This document shows, one piece after another, positions 63,239-64,000 of a stretch of 64,000 nt of DNA. This DNA is from Camelus ferus (taxonomy: Eukaryota), in NCBI RefSeq assembly GCF_009834535.1, contig NC_045697.1, positions 46,564,001 to 46,628,000 of the forward strand. Direction: 5' to 3'. Below the pieces are notes generated by a model that was not told the origin of the DNA, did no database searches, and worked only from the letters and a program-made list of their open reading frames with translations. The position numbers and the translations under genes were made by a program. Each line of letters opens with the position of its first letter. Within the stretch, counting starts at the first letter, position 1.

Positions 63239-64000
63239 TTGAGGTATAACTGACAAATAATATTATATTAGTTTCAGGTGTACAACATGATTCAGTATTT
63301 GTGAATATTGTGAAATGATCACAATAAATCAATTTAACATCCATCACTACACATAGTTACAGAAAAAAATTTTTTCTTGTGATGAGGACTTTAAAGATTT
63401 ACTCTTTTAGCAACTTTCAAATATGCATGACAGTATTATTAACTATAGTCATCATGCTGTACATTGCATCCTGTGACTATTTTATAACTGGAAGTTTGTA
63501 CCATTTGGGCACCTTCGCCCTTTTCACCCATCTCCAACCTCCCACCTCTGGCAACCACCAATCTGTCCCCTGTACCTGTAAGCCTGGTTTGTTGTTGTTG
63601 TTTAAATTCCACGTATAAATGAGATCATATGGCATTTGTCTTTCTCTAACTGACTTATTTCACTTAACATAATGTCTTCAAGGTCATCCACATTGTAGCA
63701 AATGGCAAGATTTCATTCCTTTTTATGGCTGAGTAGTATTTCATTATATATATAATGAAATAACATGTTTACCACATCATCTTTATCCATTCATCCATCT
63801 GTGGACACTTAGATGGTTTCCATATCTTGGCTACTGTAAACAATGCTAAAATGAATACAGGGAAGGAGCATATATCTTTCTAAACCAGTGTTTTCATTTT
63901 CTTTGGATAAACACCGAGGTGGAATTGATGGATCAAATGGTGGTTCTATGTTTTAATATTTTGAGGAAATTCCATACTGTTTCCATAGTGGCTGGAAATT
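63239..64000 (-). mobile_element. L1 (L1MA9/laurasiatherian type) 3' end, continuing past the window
   Basis: 'ttgaggtataactgaca...tttcaggtgtacaaca...ctctggcaaccaccaatctgt...cttatttcacttaacataatg...ttttgaggaaattccatactgtttccatagtggctg'. Antisense homolog of 17400-18210. Confidence 0.93.

Noticed and set aside
1..64000. CRISPR array, operon-like or prokaryotic defence system, tRNA/rRNA genes
   Set aside because: The DNA is mammalian and repeat-rich. I saw no regularly spaced direct repeats, long ORFs or structural RNA genes.

Overview
AT-rich, CpG-poor mammalian genomic DNA, intronic or intergenic. No protein-coding gene, tRNA or rRNA could be supported. The ORF track is almost all chance ORFs plus decayed L1 ORF2 pieces. 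The window is a mosaic of old interspersed repeats: L1M-type 3' ends, many L2 and MIR fragments, MaLR/ERVL solo LTRs (MLT1, LTR16, LTR33-like), DNA transposon fossils (Zaphod-type hAT with a readable transposase C-terminus, MER63, MER81, MER5A, MER104) and microsatellites. A cetartiodactyl-type L1 3' end, with no recognisable CHR/Bov/PRE SINE, tentatively suggests a camelid. Best leads: (i) a possible very old RTE-clade LINE relic on the minus strand at about 24.5-28.2 kb, split by L2, with a CpG-rich RFX-motif patch inside it and weaker RTE-like pieces elsewhere; (ii) a near-perfect 21-bp hairpin at 33437-33484 inside an old LTR, plus smaller new palindromes in MIRs; (iii) a pure (CAG)22 inside an L1 3' UTR. 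Family names come from remembered consensus sequences, not a database search. Repeat boundaries are approximate, and the RTE calls carry a real risk of by-eye overfitting.
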